Assembly: GCA_029715105.1 (NCBI GenBank)
Contig: CP085695.1
Span: 701,851-733,850 of the forward strand
DNA length: 32,000 nt
Source of the DNA: Candidatus Saccharimonadota bacterium
GTDB taxonomy: Bacteria; Pseudomonadota; Alphaproteobacteria; Rickettsiales; Anaplasmataceae
Direction of reading: 5' to 3'
This document shows positions 19,112 to 28,717 of the stretch, piece after piece. The notes under the pieces were generated by a model. The model made no database searches. It saw only the letters and a list, made by a program, of their open reading frames with translations, and was not told the origin of the DNA. Position 1 is the first letter of the stretch, and each line of letters opens with the position of its first letter. Made by a program: the position numbers and the translations under genes.

Positions 19112-19427
19112 TACAAACCCTTAGTGTACAAAATTTCTATATTGTGACAACATTTTATTCGATAGTAAATAAATCACTGAATCTCAAAATATACATCACA
19201 CCACTTTTTATATATTTTATAATTAATTATTTTAATAAATCCGATTTTCTAATACTAGAAATAGCCCAATTCCATAATCAACTATCCACCAGAATCTACA
19301 TTTATAAACATAAAAAATACAAAATACCTACTGTCCTACCACTAACTTTTAAAAATTTAAATACTTTTCTTCATCTAAAATTTTTGATAATTTTATCTAA
19401 TAAAATTAAATAAACACCAATAAATCT

Positions 19428-20426
19428 TCATAATAAAAAAGCTATAGTAAATACCGAACAAATAATAGAAATTAGTAAAAATCTCACAACTATTTTAATT
19501 TCAGACCACCCACTTTTTTCAAAATGATGATGTATTGGAGTCATAAGAAAAATCCTTATCCCATTTCCATATTTAAGCCTTGTATATCTAAAATATAATA
19601 CCTGAATAATCACAGATAAAGTTTCTATTACAAAAATTATCCCAATAATTGCAAAAAGCATTTCTCTTTTAATAAAAACGCTAACTAGTCCTAAAGCCGC
19701 GCCAATTGATAAACTTCCAACATCACCCATAAAAACTCTCGCAGGATATATATTAAACCATAGAAAACTTAAAAGTGCTCCCACAAGCGCAATACAGAAC
19801 AGAACGATATCCATATCATTCACTCCTTGAGTAAGGTGTGCAATTAGTCCTAAAAAAATAAAAGAATTAATAACTTGAGTTGCTGCAAGACCATCTAAAC
19901 CATCTGTAATATTTACAGCATTAGAAGAACTAACAATTACAAGCACAATAAATGGAATATATAAATGACCAAAATAAATTACTATTTCTTTAATAAAAAA
20001 CGTCTCTTCTGTAATCCTTTTGGGAAAATACAACTTAAACATTAATATACCGATTAATGTAATAATAACTTGAGCAAGTATTTTAATTTTTACTCTTAAA
20101 CCCAAGTAGCTATTTGCCTTTAATTTTAAAAAATCATCAATAAACCCAATTATAGCAAAAGACAAAGTTACAAATATAAGTAATAAAATCTCCGCAGTTA
20201 ATTGAATCCACAATAAAATTGACAATAAGGAAGAAACTAATATTACTATCCCACCCATAGTAGGAACGTGTTTTTTTTTTATTAAATGACTTTCTGGTCC
20301 AAATAATCTAATTGGCTGCCCGTCTTTACATATTTTCTTGAAGAATTTTACAAAAAAGTAAAAAAGAACAAATCCAGAAATAAATGAAGTACAAAATACT
20401 TTTATATATAAAAAATTACCTATCAT
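19428..20426 (-). CDS. mraY: Phospho-N-acetylmuramoyl-pentapeptide transferase
   Basis: 332-aa polytopic ORF with the motifs HVPTMGG, NAVNITDGLDGLA, FMGDVGSL and TPIHHHFE. Confidence 0.9.
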   Translation of the reverse strand: MIGNFLYIKVFCTSFISGFVLFYFFVKFFKKICKDGQPIRLFGPESHLIKKKHVPTMGGIVILVSSLLSILLWIQLTAEILLLIFVTLSFAIIGFIDDFLKLKANSYLGLRVKIKILAQVIITLIGILMFKLYFPKRITEETFFIKEIVIYFGHLYIPFIVLVIVSSSNAVNITDGLDGLAATQVINSFIFLGLIAHLTQGVNDMDIVLFCIALVGALLSFLWFNIYPARVFMGDVGSLSIGAALGLVSVFIKREMLFAIIGIIFVIETLSVIIQVLYFRYTRLKYGNGIRIFLMTPIHHHFEKSGWSEIKIVVRFLLISIICSVFTIAFLL

Positions 20427-21430
20427 TTAATTTTAAATAATGTTAAGCATAAATTAATATTTCACATTTTTATAAATAACTTAAATATTTAAAACCCACC
20501 ATTATCTCTTAACTCTACTAAAAATTTAAATAATAAAAGAATTTTTAATACTTAATTTTTAATTTTTAACTTCTAATTCATATATTCTCTTATTAAAGAG
20601 TAGAGAGAAAAACTTTTAAAAATCCACTATTTAAACTATTAAAGAATATAAAATATACGGTCTACTTTTATATGTTCATTATTACACACACCCTTATTAA
20701 GGGTGAACAAAACATAAAATAACACAAAATACAAATATATTAAAATTTTCTATCCTTTTTGGAAATTAAAACAACAAAATTTTAAAAACTTACAATAGGT
20801 ACTGCTGCCTACAAGCACTATTCTCTTACCTGCTAAATTTTAAAAAATTAAATATATACTTATAACTACATTTAAAATTAAACTATCAAATCCCTCCATA
20901 ATCTTTAACTGAAACTATCTATCTTACTTTAGCTCAAACATATCAAATATTCTTAGCAATCTTCTGCTAATATTTTTTAATACGCTAAATTAAGCATCAA
21001 AATCATTAGTTACTAACTCTACTCTCTATATTTTATTATACATATTATTTTAAACAGACTAGCCATATATCTTTCTTCTGACTTACTTTAAATCACTTTT
21101 ATTAAAACTTAAAGAAAGTTGTTTATGAACAAAAATTGTTTTACTTTTACCAAAAAACTAAATTAATTTTAAATATTATTTCTTATATCCCAAAAACCCT
21201 AATTAAAAACTTCAACAATTTATCAACCAATAACCTTCTAATTAAAAATGAGAACATTTATAATGTTATATCGACCTTCAATATAATACACCCTTTATAA
21301 GGACGAAAGAGAACTTTCTTCTCCTAAATATTAAGCATAACCTTCTCACATTAAAACGATAATTCTACTAATTATTTTTATAACTTCTATTATACTCTCT
21401 ATAAATTAATAATTTTACGCAGTTAAAACT

Positions 21431-22822
21431 CTAACAATCATTCATAAATCTCCGTACTATAAGATCCATTTTCATCTTGTGTGAACCTTTAATTAAAACC
21501 ACGTCATTGTTTTGAATAATATTAGGCAAATAATCTCTTAACTCGCTAGAATTATCAAAATGCATACCCCTTATATTTTCTGGTAGAAACCTCTGCAACT
21601 CTAACATAAACTTACCAACTGTATAAACCCCATTAACACAACACTCTACAATAGAATTAAGCAAACCTACATGAAACTTTATACTCTTATTGCCAAGCTC
21701 TAACATATCACCAAGTAATGCTACTTTTCTATGAGAAGAATATGTACATAGCGTTTTTATTGCAGCTTTTACCGAAGATGGACTAGCATTATAAGAATCA
21801 TCAATTAAATATATATTCTTTCCATTAAATTTTAATTTATGAAAACTACCTCTACCCCTAGTTATATTAAATTTCTTAAGCGTAAATGGAAATTTCAATA
21901 AATCAAGACTAAGGCTTTGCAAAATTACTGCAATAATCAACACAGAGTATACAAAATGCTCACCTCGAACAAGTAAATTACAATTTATAACTGTATTATC
22001 ACTAAACCTAATTTTAAAACTTAATCCATAATTATCATCCCTTGCCAAGTCTAATAAACGAACAGTAGCACTTCTGTGCTTACCAAAACTCACTACCTTC
22101 CTCTTATTACAAAATGACAAAAAATAATTATAATACCTATTATCTCTATTTATAATTAAAATACCATCATTCTTCATGCCATACAAAATTTCTGATTTTG
22201 CTTCAGCAATATCAAGTAATGAAGAAAAATTCTCAATATGAGTGGGTTCTACATTAGTAATGACTGCAATATCAGGACTACTGATCTCTGATAACTTTCT
22301 TATTTCGTTAGCTTTGCTCATACCCATTTCAAGTATTAAATATTGACAATTTTCTGAAGCCTTTAAAATCGTTAAAGGCAGCCCTATATCATTATTTAAG
22401 TTCCCTTTATTCGCATGAGATATTCCATATTGCGATAAAACAATATTCAACATATCCTTTGTGGTAGTTTTTCCTATACTACCTGTAATTGCAATAACTT
22501 TAGCCCTAATAAGAACATTTTTAATATAATATGATGCCATATCATGCAAAGCCTTAAGGGTATCTTGAACAAGAATTAAAGGAAAACTAGTATTATAATT
22601 ACTGCATTCTCTTACTATTGCAATTACCGCTCCCTTTAAAAAAGCTTCACCTAAAAAAACATGCCCATCAAAATTCTCTCCCTTAAGGGCAATAAACACA
22701 TCACCCCTTTTTAAGGTTCTCGTATCTATCGAAATATTTGAACTATATATTCGCTCATCATAATTACCTATTTTTTTTCCACCAGTAGCATAAATTATAT
22801 TTTTTGTATTCCACTTGAACAT
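21431..22822 (-). CDS. murF: UDP-N-acetylmuramoyl-tripeptide--D-alanyl-D-alanine ligase
   Basis: 463-aa ORF with the Mur ligase P-loop ITGSIGKTTTKDM, plus LEMGMS and IDDSYNASPSS. Confidence 0.9.
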   Translation of the reverse strand: MFKWNTKNIIYATGGKKIGNYDERIYSSNISIDTRTLKRGDVFIALKGENFDGHVFLGEAFLKGAVIAIVRECSNYNTSFPLILVQDTLKALHDMASYYIKNVLIRAKVIAITGSIGKTTTKDMLNIVLSQYGISHANKGNLNNDIGLPLTILKASENCQYLILEMGMSKANEIRKLSEISSPDIAVITNVEPTHIENFSSLLDIAEAKSEILYGMKNDGILIINRDNRYYNYFLSFCNKRKVVSFGKHRSATVRLLDLARDDNYGLSFKIRFSDNTVINCNLLVRGEHFVYSVLIIAVILQSLSLDLLKFPFTLKKFNITRGRGSFHKLKFNGKNIYLIDDSYNASPSSVKAAIKTLCTYSSHRKVALLGDMLELGNKSIKFHVGLLNSIVECCVNGVYTVGKFMLELQRFLPENIRGMHFDNSSELRDYLPNIIQNNDVVLIKGSHKMKMDLIVRRFMNDC

Positions 22823-23130
22823 TCTGTGTATACCTTAATAATTAATATTAGAACAGCTATATAAAATCCTATCACACAATTTTATATCATATAATGCATA
22901 TGATAAAATAGATATTTTCAAACAAAATTATAATTGAAATTAATATAGAATTATTAATTCTCTCAAAATGAGAAAAATACAAAAACCTAAACATAAAATG
23001 TCATTCCAAATTAATTAATAAGACTAATAATTTTAAATTATAAGAATCAAACCTGCTAAGTTATATTGCAAAAAAACTTTTTATAAAGTAAAATAAGAAT
23101 GTTTAGTTTATGAAAATAAATTCTAGTAAT

Positions 23131-23232
23131 TCCAAGAAGGGAGGAGATTATGTCTAAATATTGGTGCGAAATTTATAGAGCATTGTTTTATGCCATACTA
23201 CCCCTCTCCTAAGGAGGATGGGCGTCCCTTTT
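23131..23232 (+). other. G+C-rich structured island: strong SD, 20-codon ORF (23150-23212) and overlapping alternative hairpins; function unknown
   Basis: GGGAGGAG at 23139-23146 lies 5 nt (counted from the GGAGG core at 23140-23144) before the ATG at 23150. The ORF encodes MSKYWCEIYRALFYAILPLS*. CCCCTCTCCT (23201-23210) can pair with either flanking purine block, and GGGcgtCCC followed by TTTT sits at 23220-23232. Local G is about equal to C, unlike the surrounding spacers. Confidence 0.4.
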
Positions 23233-23285
23233 ATCTAAAGCTATCAACTACAAAATAATAAAATAAAGAGGTAAAATAAAATAAT

Positions 23286-23660
23286 ATGAGTGATAAAAAA
23301 AAATACGACAATAATAATATTTTTGCTCAAATAATAAAAGGTGAATTATCTTGCAAAAAGGTATATGAAAATGATAGCATGTTAGCATTTTACGATAAAT
23401 ATCCTGATGCACCAATTCACATTCTAGTTATACCAAAAAATCAGTATATCTCATATGATGATTTTATTCTGAATGCTCCCACAGAAGAAATAATAAACTT
23501 CTTTAAAAGAATAGTAAAAATAATACATAAACATAACCTAGAAAAAACTGGATATAGATTAGTTACTAATTATGGTAAAAATGGAGAACAAATTATACCA
23601 CACTTTCATATTCATATTCTAGGTGGTAGAAAATTAGGAAAACATGTAAATAACTTATAA
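23286..23660 (+). CDS. HIT-family (HinT-like) nucleotide hydrolase
   Basis: 124-aa ORF with the histidine triad HFHIHILGG. Confidence 0.9.
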   Translation: MSDKKKYDNNNIFAQIIKGELSCKKVYENDSMLAFYDKYPDAPIHILVIPKNQYISYDDFILNAPTEEIINFFKRIVKIIHKHNLEKTGYRLVTNYGKNGEQIIPHFHIHILGGRKLGKHVNNL

Positions 23661-23677
23661 TTTTTCATTCATTTTAT

Positions 23678-24031
23678 ATGAGCGAATACTTAACTATAAT
23701 AATTTTCATCTGCATATCAGTTATAATATCTTTCGTACTTGGCGTATTGCCGGTATTATTTACAATAAAAAGTTTCGATAAGGAAAAACTTTCTACATAT
23801 GAATGCGGATTTGAACCCTTGTCAAGAGCAAGAAAAAACCTTAATATCAAATTTTATTTAATTTCAATACTATTCATAATATTTGATCTAGAAATTGCTT
23901 TTCTTTTCCCTTGGGCCGTTTCATTATATAAAATAGGTTATTACGGCTTTTGGTCTATGATAATATTTCTTACAATACTTACTATAAGCTTTATCTACGA
24001 ATGGTGTAAAGGTGCATTAGAATTAGAATAA
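23678..24031 (+). CDS. nuoA: NADH-quinone oxidoreductase subunit A
   Basis: 117-aa ORF with three TM segments and the motifs YECGFEP and [14 protein letters not shown]. Confidence 0.9.
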   Translation: MSEYLTIIIFICISVIISFVLGVLPVLFTIKSFDKEKLSTYECGFEPLSRARKNLNIKFYLISILFIIFDLEIAFLFPWAVSLYKIGYYGFWSMIIFLTILTISFIYEWCKGALELE

Positions 24032-24034
24032 GAA

Positions 24035-24547
24035 ATGAATCATCATAACAGTACTTTTAATAAAAAAAATAACAATTGGAGCCAATATAAGAAAGAAGGA
24101 TTTCTTATTACCAAATTTGGTGATTTGATAGATTACATAATGAATTGGGCAAGATCAAATTCATTATGGCCTATGACATTTGGTCTTGCATGTTGTGCAG
24201 TAGAAATGATACACACTGCATCAAGTCGATATGATCTCGATAGATATGGTATGATTTTCCGCGCAAGTCCAAGACAAGCAGATGTTATGATTGTTGCAGG
24301 CACACTAACCAATAAAATGGCATCTGCATTACGTAAAATTTACGATCAAATGTCAAATCCAAAATATGTTGTATCTATGGGTAGTTGCGCAAACGGTGGT
24401 GGATATTATCATTATTCCTATTCAGTAGTACGTGGTTGTGATAAAATTGTACCTGTTGATATATATGTTCCAGGATGCCCGCCAACTGCCGAAGCGCTTC
24501 TATATGGAATGTTGTGTCTACAAAATAAAATAAAGCGAAACATATAA
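24035..24547 (+). CDS. nuoB: NADH-quinone oxidoreductase subunit B
   Basis: 170-aa ORF with [27 protein letters not shown] and VPGCPP (N2 cluster ligands). Confidence 0.95.
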   Translation: MNHHNSTFNKKNNNWSQYKKEGFLITKFGDLIDYIMNWARSNSLWPMTFGLACCAVEMIHTASSRYDLDRYGMIFRASPRQADVMIVAGTLTNKMASALRKIYDQMSNPKYVVSMGSCANGGGYYHYSYSVVRGCDKIVPVDIYVPGCPPTAEALLYGMLCLQNKIKRNI

Positions 24548-24548
24548 T

Positions 24549-25121
24549 ATGAATAAAATTGCCGAATATATACAAAAAAAAACCGGATGTAAATGTTTTC
24601 AACAGAATGATAGTAATACAATTATAATATATTCAACTCTAGATGATATCAGAAACCATTTACTCTTTCTACGCAACAATAAAAAATGCAGATTTGAGCT
24701 ATTGATTGACATTTTTGGAATTGATTACCCAAATAGAAAAAAACGCTTTGAATTAATATACAACCTGCTTAGTATTGTATATAATATTAGAGTACATGTA
24801 AAACTCCAGTTACATGAGGGTGATACTCCTTCTAGTGTAACAAATATATTTAGCGCAGCTTCATGGTTTGAACGTGAAGTTTTTGATATGTATGGAATAA
24901 AATTCTATAATCACCCAAATTTACAAAGAATTCTAACAGATTATACTTTTAAAGGCCATCCAATGCTAAAAGATTTTCCACTTACTGGCTATGAAGAAGT
25001 TAAATATGATATAAAATCAAAAAAAATTAAATACAGTCCTATTGATTTACCACAAGATTTTCGAATATTTGACAATTTATCTCCATGGGGTGGCAAGATA
25101 CAAAATAAACATAAAAAATAA
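24549..25121 (+). CDS. nuoC: NADH-quinone oxidoreductase subunit C
   Basis: 190-aa ORF with [27 protein letters not shown], typical of the 30-kDa subunit. Confidence 0.9.
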   Translation: MNKIAEYIQKKTGCKCFQQNDSNTIIIYSTLDDIRNHLLFLRNNKKCRFELLIDIFGIDYPNRKKRFELIYNLLSIVYNIRVHVKLQLHEGDTPSSVTNIFSAASWFEREVFDMYGIKFYNHPNLQRILTDYTFKGHPMLKDFPLTGYEEVKYDIKSKKIKYSPIDLPQDFRIFDNLSPWGGKIQNKHKK

Positions 25122-25122
25122 A

Positions 25123-26073
25123 ATGATAGCACAGAGAAAAATATCTTTAATTGGTGCAGGAAATATAGGCGGAACTTTAGCTCACATGATTGTTCTCAAA
25201 GAACTTGGTAATGTCATATTGCTTGATATCGATAATGAAATATCACAAGGCAAGGCACTTGATATTGCAGAATCATCCTCTATCGAAAAATTCGATACTA
25301 GTATAATAGGTACTAGCGAATATAAAGATATAGAAAATTCTGATGCAATTATAATAACTGCTGGCATTAAAAGAAAACCTGGTATGAATAGAAATGATCT
25401 TTTCCAGACTAATGCTGAAATAATGAAAAAAGTTGGTAAAAACATTAAAAAATATTCTCCAAATGCTTTCGTAATAGTAATCACAAACCCCCTAGATGCC
25501 ATGGTTTCAGTAATACATAAATCTTCAGGTGTTCCAAATCACATGATTGTTGGAATGGCGGGAGTACTTGATTCATCTCGTTTTTGTTATTTTCTCGCAA
25601 ACGAATTAAATATCTCAATCGAAAATATATCTACTTTTGTGCTCGGAGGACACGGTGACACCATGATACCTCTTGTTCAATATACCTCTATTTCTGGTAT
25701 TCCTCTTACTCAAATTATTGATATGGGTTTTATCACACAAAAAAAAGTTAATGAAATAATCGAACGTACTCGTAATGGCGGAAAAGAAATAATTGATTTA
25801 CTAAAATTCGGATCAGCGTACTATGCTCCTGCATCTTCAGCTATATATATACTAGAATCATATTTAAAAGATAAAAAACGTATACTAGCATGCACTTCCT
25901 ACTTAAATGGCGAATATGGTGTAAAAGACTTGTTTATTGGTGTTCCTACAATCATCGGGAAAAATGGAGTTGAAAAAATCTTAGAAATTAAAATGGAAGA
26001 TAATGAACAAAAAATGTTTAATCAATCTGTAAAAATAACAGAAAACTTAATAAAAACTTTAAATAATAACTAA
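25123..26073 (+). CDS. mdh: Malate dehydrogenase (LDH-like family)
   Basis: I place the start at the ATG at 25123 ([20 protein letters not shown]), the usual N-terminus of this family. The track ORF starts 81 nt earlier and would overlap nuoC. Motifs are ITNPLD, GGHGD and SAYYAPA. Confidence 0.9.
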   Translation: MIAQRKISLIGAGNIGGTLAHMIVLKELGNVILLDIDNEISQGKALDIAESSSIEKFDTSIIGTSEYKDIENSDAIIITAGIKRKPGMNRNDLFQTNAEIMKKVGKNIKKYSPNAFVIVITNPLDAMVSVIHKSSGVPNHMIVGMAGVLDSSRFCYFLANELNISIENISTFVLGGHGDTMIPLVQYTSISGIPLTQIIDMGFITQKKVNEIIERTRNGGKEIIDLLKFGSAYYAPASSAIYILESYLKDKKRILACTSYLNGEYGVKDLFIGVPTIIGKNGVEKILEIKMEDNEQKMFNQSVKITENLIKTLNNN

Positions 26074-26425
26074 AAACGCAACTAAAGATAATAACGAAAA
26101 TATTGAAAATTAATTTATACCCAATAGTAAAACTTCTTTTTTTTTGTCATTAAAAGAATCTACTTTAAAAAATTTATTTATTAAAAGTTTATTTTATTTA
26201 CAACCTATACTACTAATGAAAAAGTTTTCTTCCCAAGAGAGAGGAGAAGAAGGAATGAGGAGAAAAGTATTATCAAATAAGGAAATCCCGCACAAAAAGT
26301 ACTAACCCATTAAAACTAAATTCATGTCCTGCACAATTTATTATATGCTTCTACATGAAATACACATATAATATTCGTTATATTCTATCTAAAAATAGAA
26401 CATAATTCTTATCTCTTATTTTTAT

Positions 26426-26917
26426 TTATTTATTAAAAGCAAAAGCTTTTATTTGAGAATAAAACTCTTCTATCACTATTTTATATACCTTCTTCCTAAA
26501 AAAGATAGCATTCGTCATTAAAGCATTTATATTTTGCCAACGCCATTCTATAAATTCTGGGCAATTAGTATAATTAATATTAATTTCTTTATCTTCTCCA
26601 CAAAATTTCATTAAAAACCATATCTGCTTCTGTCCAAAATATTTCCTATTCCAATAAGTTGGTATAAACCCTCTAGGTAAATTATAGTATATCCAATTTC
26701 TACTTTTGGTTACAATTTCTACTTTATTAGTTCCAACTTCCTCTAATAATTCACGTAACGCAGCACTTTTTAATTTTTCACTATCATCAATACCACCTTG
26801 TGGCATTTGCCAATAAGAATCATTACTAAAACGTTTTCCGACAAAAATACGTCCCTGTTTATTAAACAACATTATACCAACGCAAGGACGATATTTATCA
26901 TCTTCCTGATAAACCAT
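26426..26917 (-). CDS. rppH: RNA pyrophosphohydrolase (Nudix hydrolase, RppH/NudH type)
   Basis: 163-aa ORF with the Nudix box GGIDDSEKLKSAALRELLEEVG and the N-terminal YRPCVGIMLFN. Confidence 0.85.
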   Translation of the reverse strand: MVYQEDDKYRPCVGIMLFNKQGRIFVGKRFSNDSYWQMPQGGIDDSEKLKSAALRELLEEVGTNKVEIVTKSRNWIYYNLPRGFIPTYWNRKYFGQKQIWFLMKFCGEDKEININYTNCPEFIEWRWQNINALMTNAIFFRKKVYKIVIEEFYSQIKAFAFNK

Positions 26918-27430
26918 AAACTTTTTTATATAAAAAACTCTCTATTGCTATCATTTAGCAATCTATTTCAGAAAATTAACTTTAACAACTATAAATATAA
27001 TTTACATAAAATATAAACATAACCGAATTCTCTCTAATTTAAAAAGCACAATTATAACATCCTTGGTTCCTCAAATCCTTGTTAATTTTCTTAACATTCT
27101 CAGTATTATGGATCTAATTATTAAAACCCATTAAATATATATAAAATCCCCACGAGAATCTGTTTTACCTTGCGGGATACAGTTTACCATATTTGACAAT
27201 CTAAGTCAAAACTTTTTGTTACTGTAGCAATAAAATAAACTATACTTATCGATTTTAACCTAAATAATTAAGCAAATCATATATAAAAATTAAAACAAAT
27301 TAAAATAGATAACTAGCTTATATAATCCCAATATACAATAAAGAATCCACACAATAAAATTGTATAAAAACTTATCTAAATAAAACTATAAAATCAACCT
27401 ACTTTTATTTATAAAATATCTATAGAATTT

Positions 27431-28717
27431 ATGAACACGAATATTTTAATTAAAATGCAACAAACTACAAAGTATAAATCAGAGTTTTTAAATTTTATTA
27501 AAGAAAGAGAATACCTATACCAATGTACAAATATTGAAGAATTAGATCAATTACTAACACAAAACAATTACATTGTTGCATATATAGGATTTGACTGTAC
27601 AGCTCCAAGTTTTCATATCGGTCATCTTATACATATTATGATGCTCCGTCATCTACAAAAATTTAATTATAAACCAATAATTTTACTCGGAGGTGGAACA
27701 ACAAAAGTTGGTGACCCGTCCGGTAAAGATAAAACAAGAAATATTTTATCTACAGATGATATAGATCGAAATATGACAAATATAAAGAAAAAATTAAAAA
27801 AGATAATATCTTTCAACAATAAAAAAACTAGCCCTATTATAGTAAACAACGCAGATTGGTTAAACGACATAAAATATATAGATTTTCTACGTAGCATAGG
27901 AATATACTTTTCTATAAATCGTATGCTAAATTTTGACAGTATAAAGATTAGACTAAAAAGAAAACAAAATTTAAGCTTTCTTGAATTTAACTACATGCTA
28001 TTACAAGCTTATGACTTTATTAAATTAAATAAAAAATATGGCTGTCGTTTACAAATAGGCGGAGCTGATCAATGGGGGAATATAGTAAATGGAATTGAAC
28101 TCGGCAAAAAATTAAATTTACCCAAATTATTTGGCCTTACTACACCTCTTTTACTAAATGCACAAGGAAAAAAAATGGGCAAAACTGAAAATAAAACAAT
28201 ATGGCTTGATAGCAAAATGTTAAAACCCTACGACTATTGGCAATATTTTCGCAACATTAATGATCAAAATGTTGGACGCTTTTTAAGATTACTTACTGAT
28301 CTACCAATTAATGAAATTAAAAAATTAGAATCCCTGAAAAATCAAGAAATAAATGAAGCAAAAAAAATTTTAGCAACAGAAGTAACAAAAATATGTCATG
28401 GCAGAAAAGAAGCAAAACTTGCACAATCCACAGCAGTTTCTACTTTTGATAACAAAGATAATTCTTTACTTCCAAAGTATACCATAACAAAAGAACAAAT
28501 CACGAATGGCATATCTCTAATAAACATTTTACACAATACAGGTCTCGAACCATCAAAATGTGCTGCAAAACGTTTGATACAAAATAACGGATGTAAAATT
28601 AACGATATCATTGTAAATGATACTAATTACGTAATAAATTTTAATAATTTTAAATATCACCCATTTATAAAACTATCTGCAGGAAAAAAACGACATATAA
28701 AAATTGTAATATATTAA
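27431..28717 (+). CDS. tyrS: Tyrosyl-tRNA synthetase
   Basis: 428-aa ORF with a HIGH motif (SFHIGHL), a KMSKS-type motif (KKMGKT), GGADQWGN and a C-terminal S4-like domain. The start could instead be the in-frame ATG eight codons downstream. Confidence 0.9.
   Translation: MNTNILIKMQQTTKYKSEFLNFIKEREYLYQCTNIEELDQLLTQNNYIVAYIGFDCTAPSFHIGHLIHIMMLRHLQKFNYKPIILLGGGTTKVGDPSGKDKTRNILSTDDIDRNMTNIKKKLKKIISFNNKKTSPIIVNNADWLNDIKYIDFLRSIGIYFSINRMLNFDSIKIRLKRKQNLSFLEFNYMLLQAYDFIKLNKKYGCRLQIGGADQWGNIVNGIELGKKLNLPKLFGLTTPLLLNAQGKKMGKTENKTIWLDSKMLKPYDYWQYFRNINDQNVGRFLRLLTDLPINEIKKLESLKNQEINEAKKILATEVTKICHGRKEAKLAQSTAVSTFDNKDNSLLPKYTITKEQITNGISLINILHNTGLEPSKCAAKRLIQNNGCKINDIIVNDTNYVINFNNFKYHPFIKLSAGKKRHIKIVIY

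Noticed and set aside
19054-19413. 119-aa track ORF in the SCO1/mraY spacer
   Set aside because: It has a TTG start and a low-complexity I/F/Y/K/L-rich product. It spans the 31-bp perfect palindrome and has no recognisable motif.
23807-23817. GGATTTGAACC, the reverse complement of a tRNA T-arm consensus
   Set aside because: It lies inside nuoA and encodes the conserved ECGFEP motif. No cloverleaf can be built around it.
25042-25122. 27-codon N-terminal extension of mdh in the track ORF
   Set aside because: The extension overlaps the 3' end of nuoC. The internal Met at 25123 gives the canonical MDH N-terminus directly before the GAGNIGG dinucleotide-binding loop.
22823-27430. G+C-richer spacer islands considered as known structured RNAs (SRP/4.5S RNA, tmRNA pieces, RNase P RNA, 6S RNA)
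   Set aside because: I could not find the diagnostic sequences: the GGAAGCAGCC-type SRP domain IV, the GAGGAAAGTCC-type RNase P P4 strand, or a tRNA-like end with a tag ORF. A covariance-model scan would be needed to be sure.
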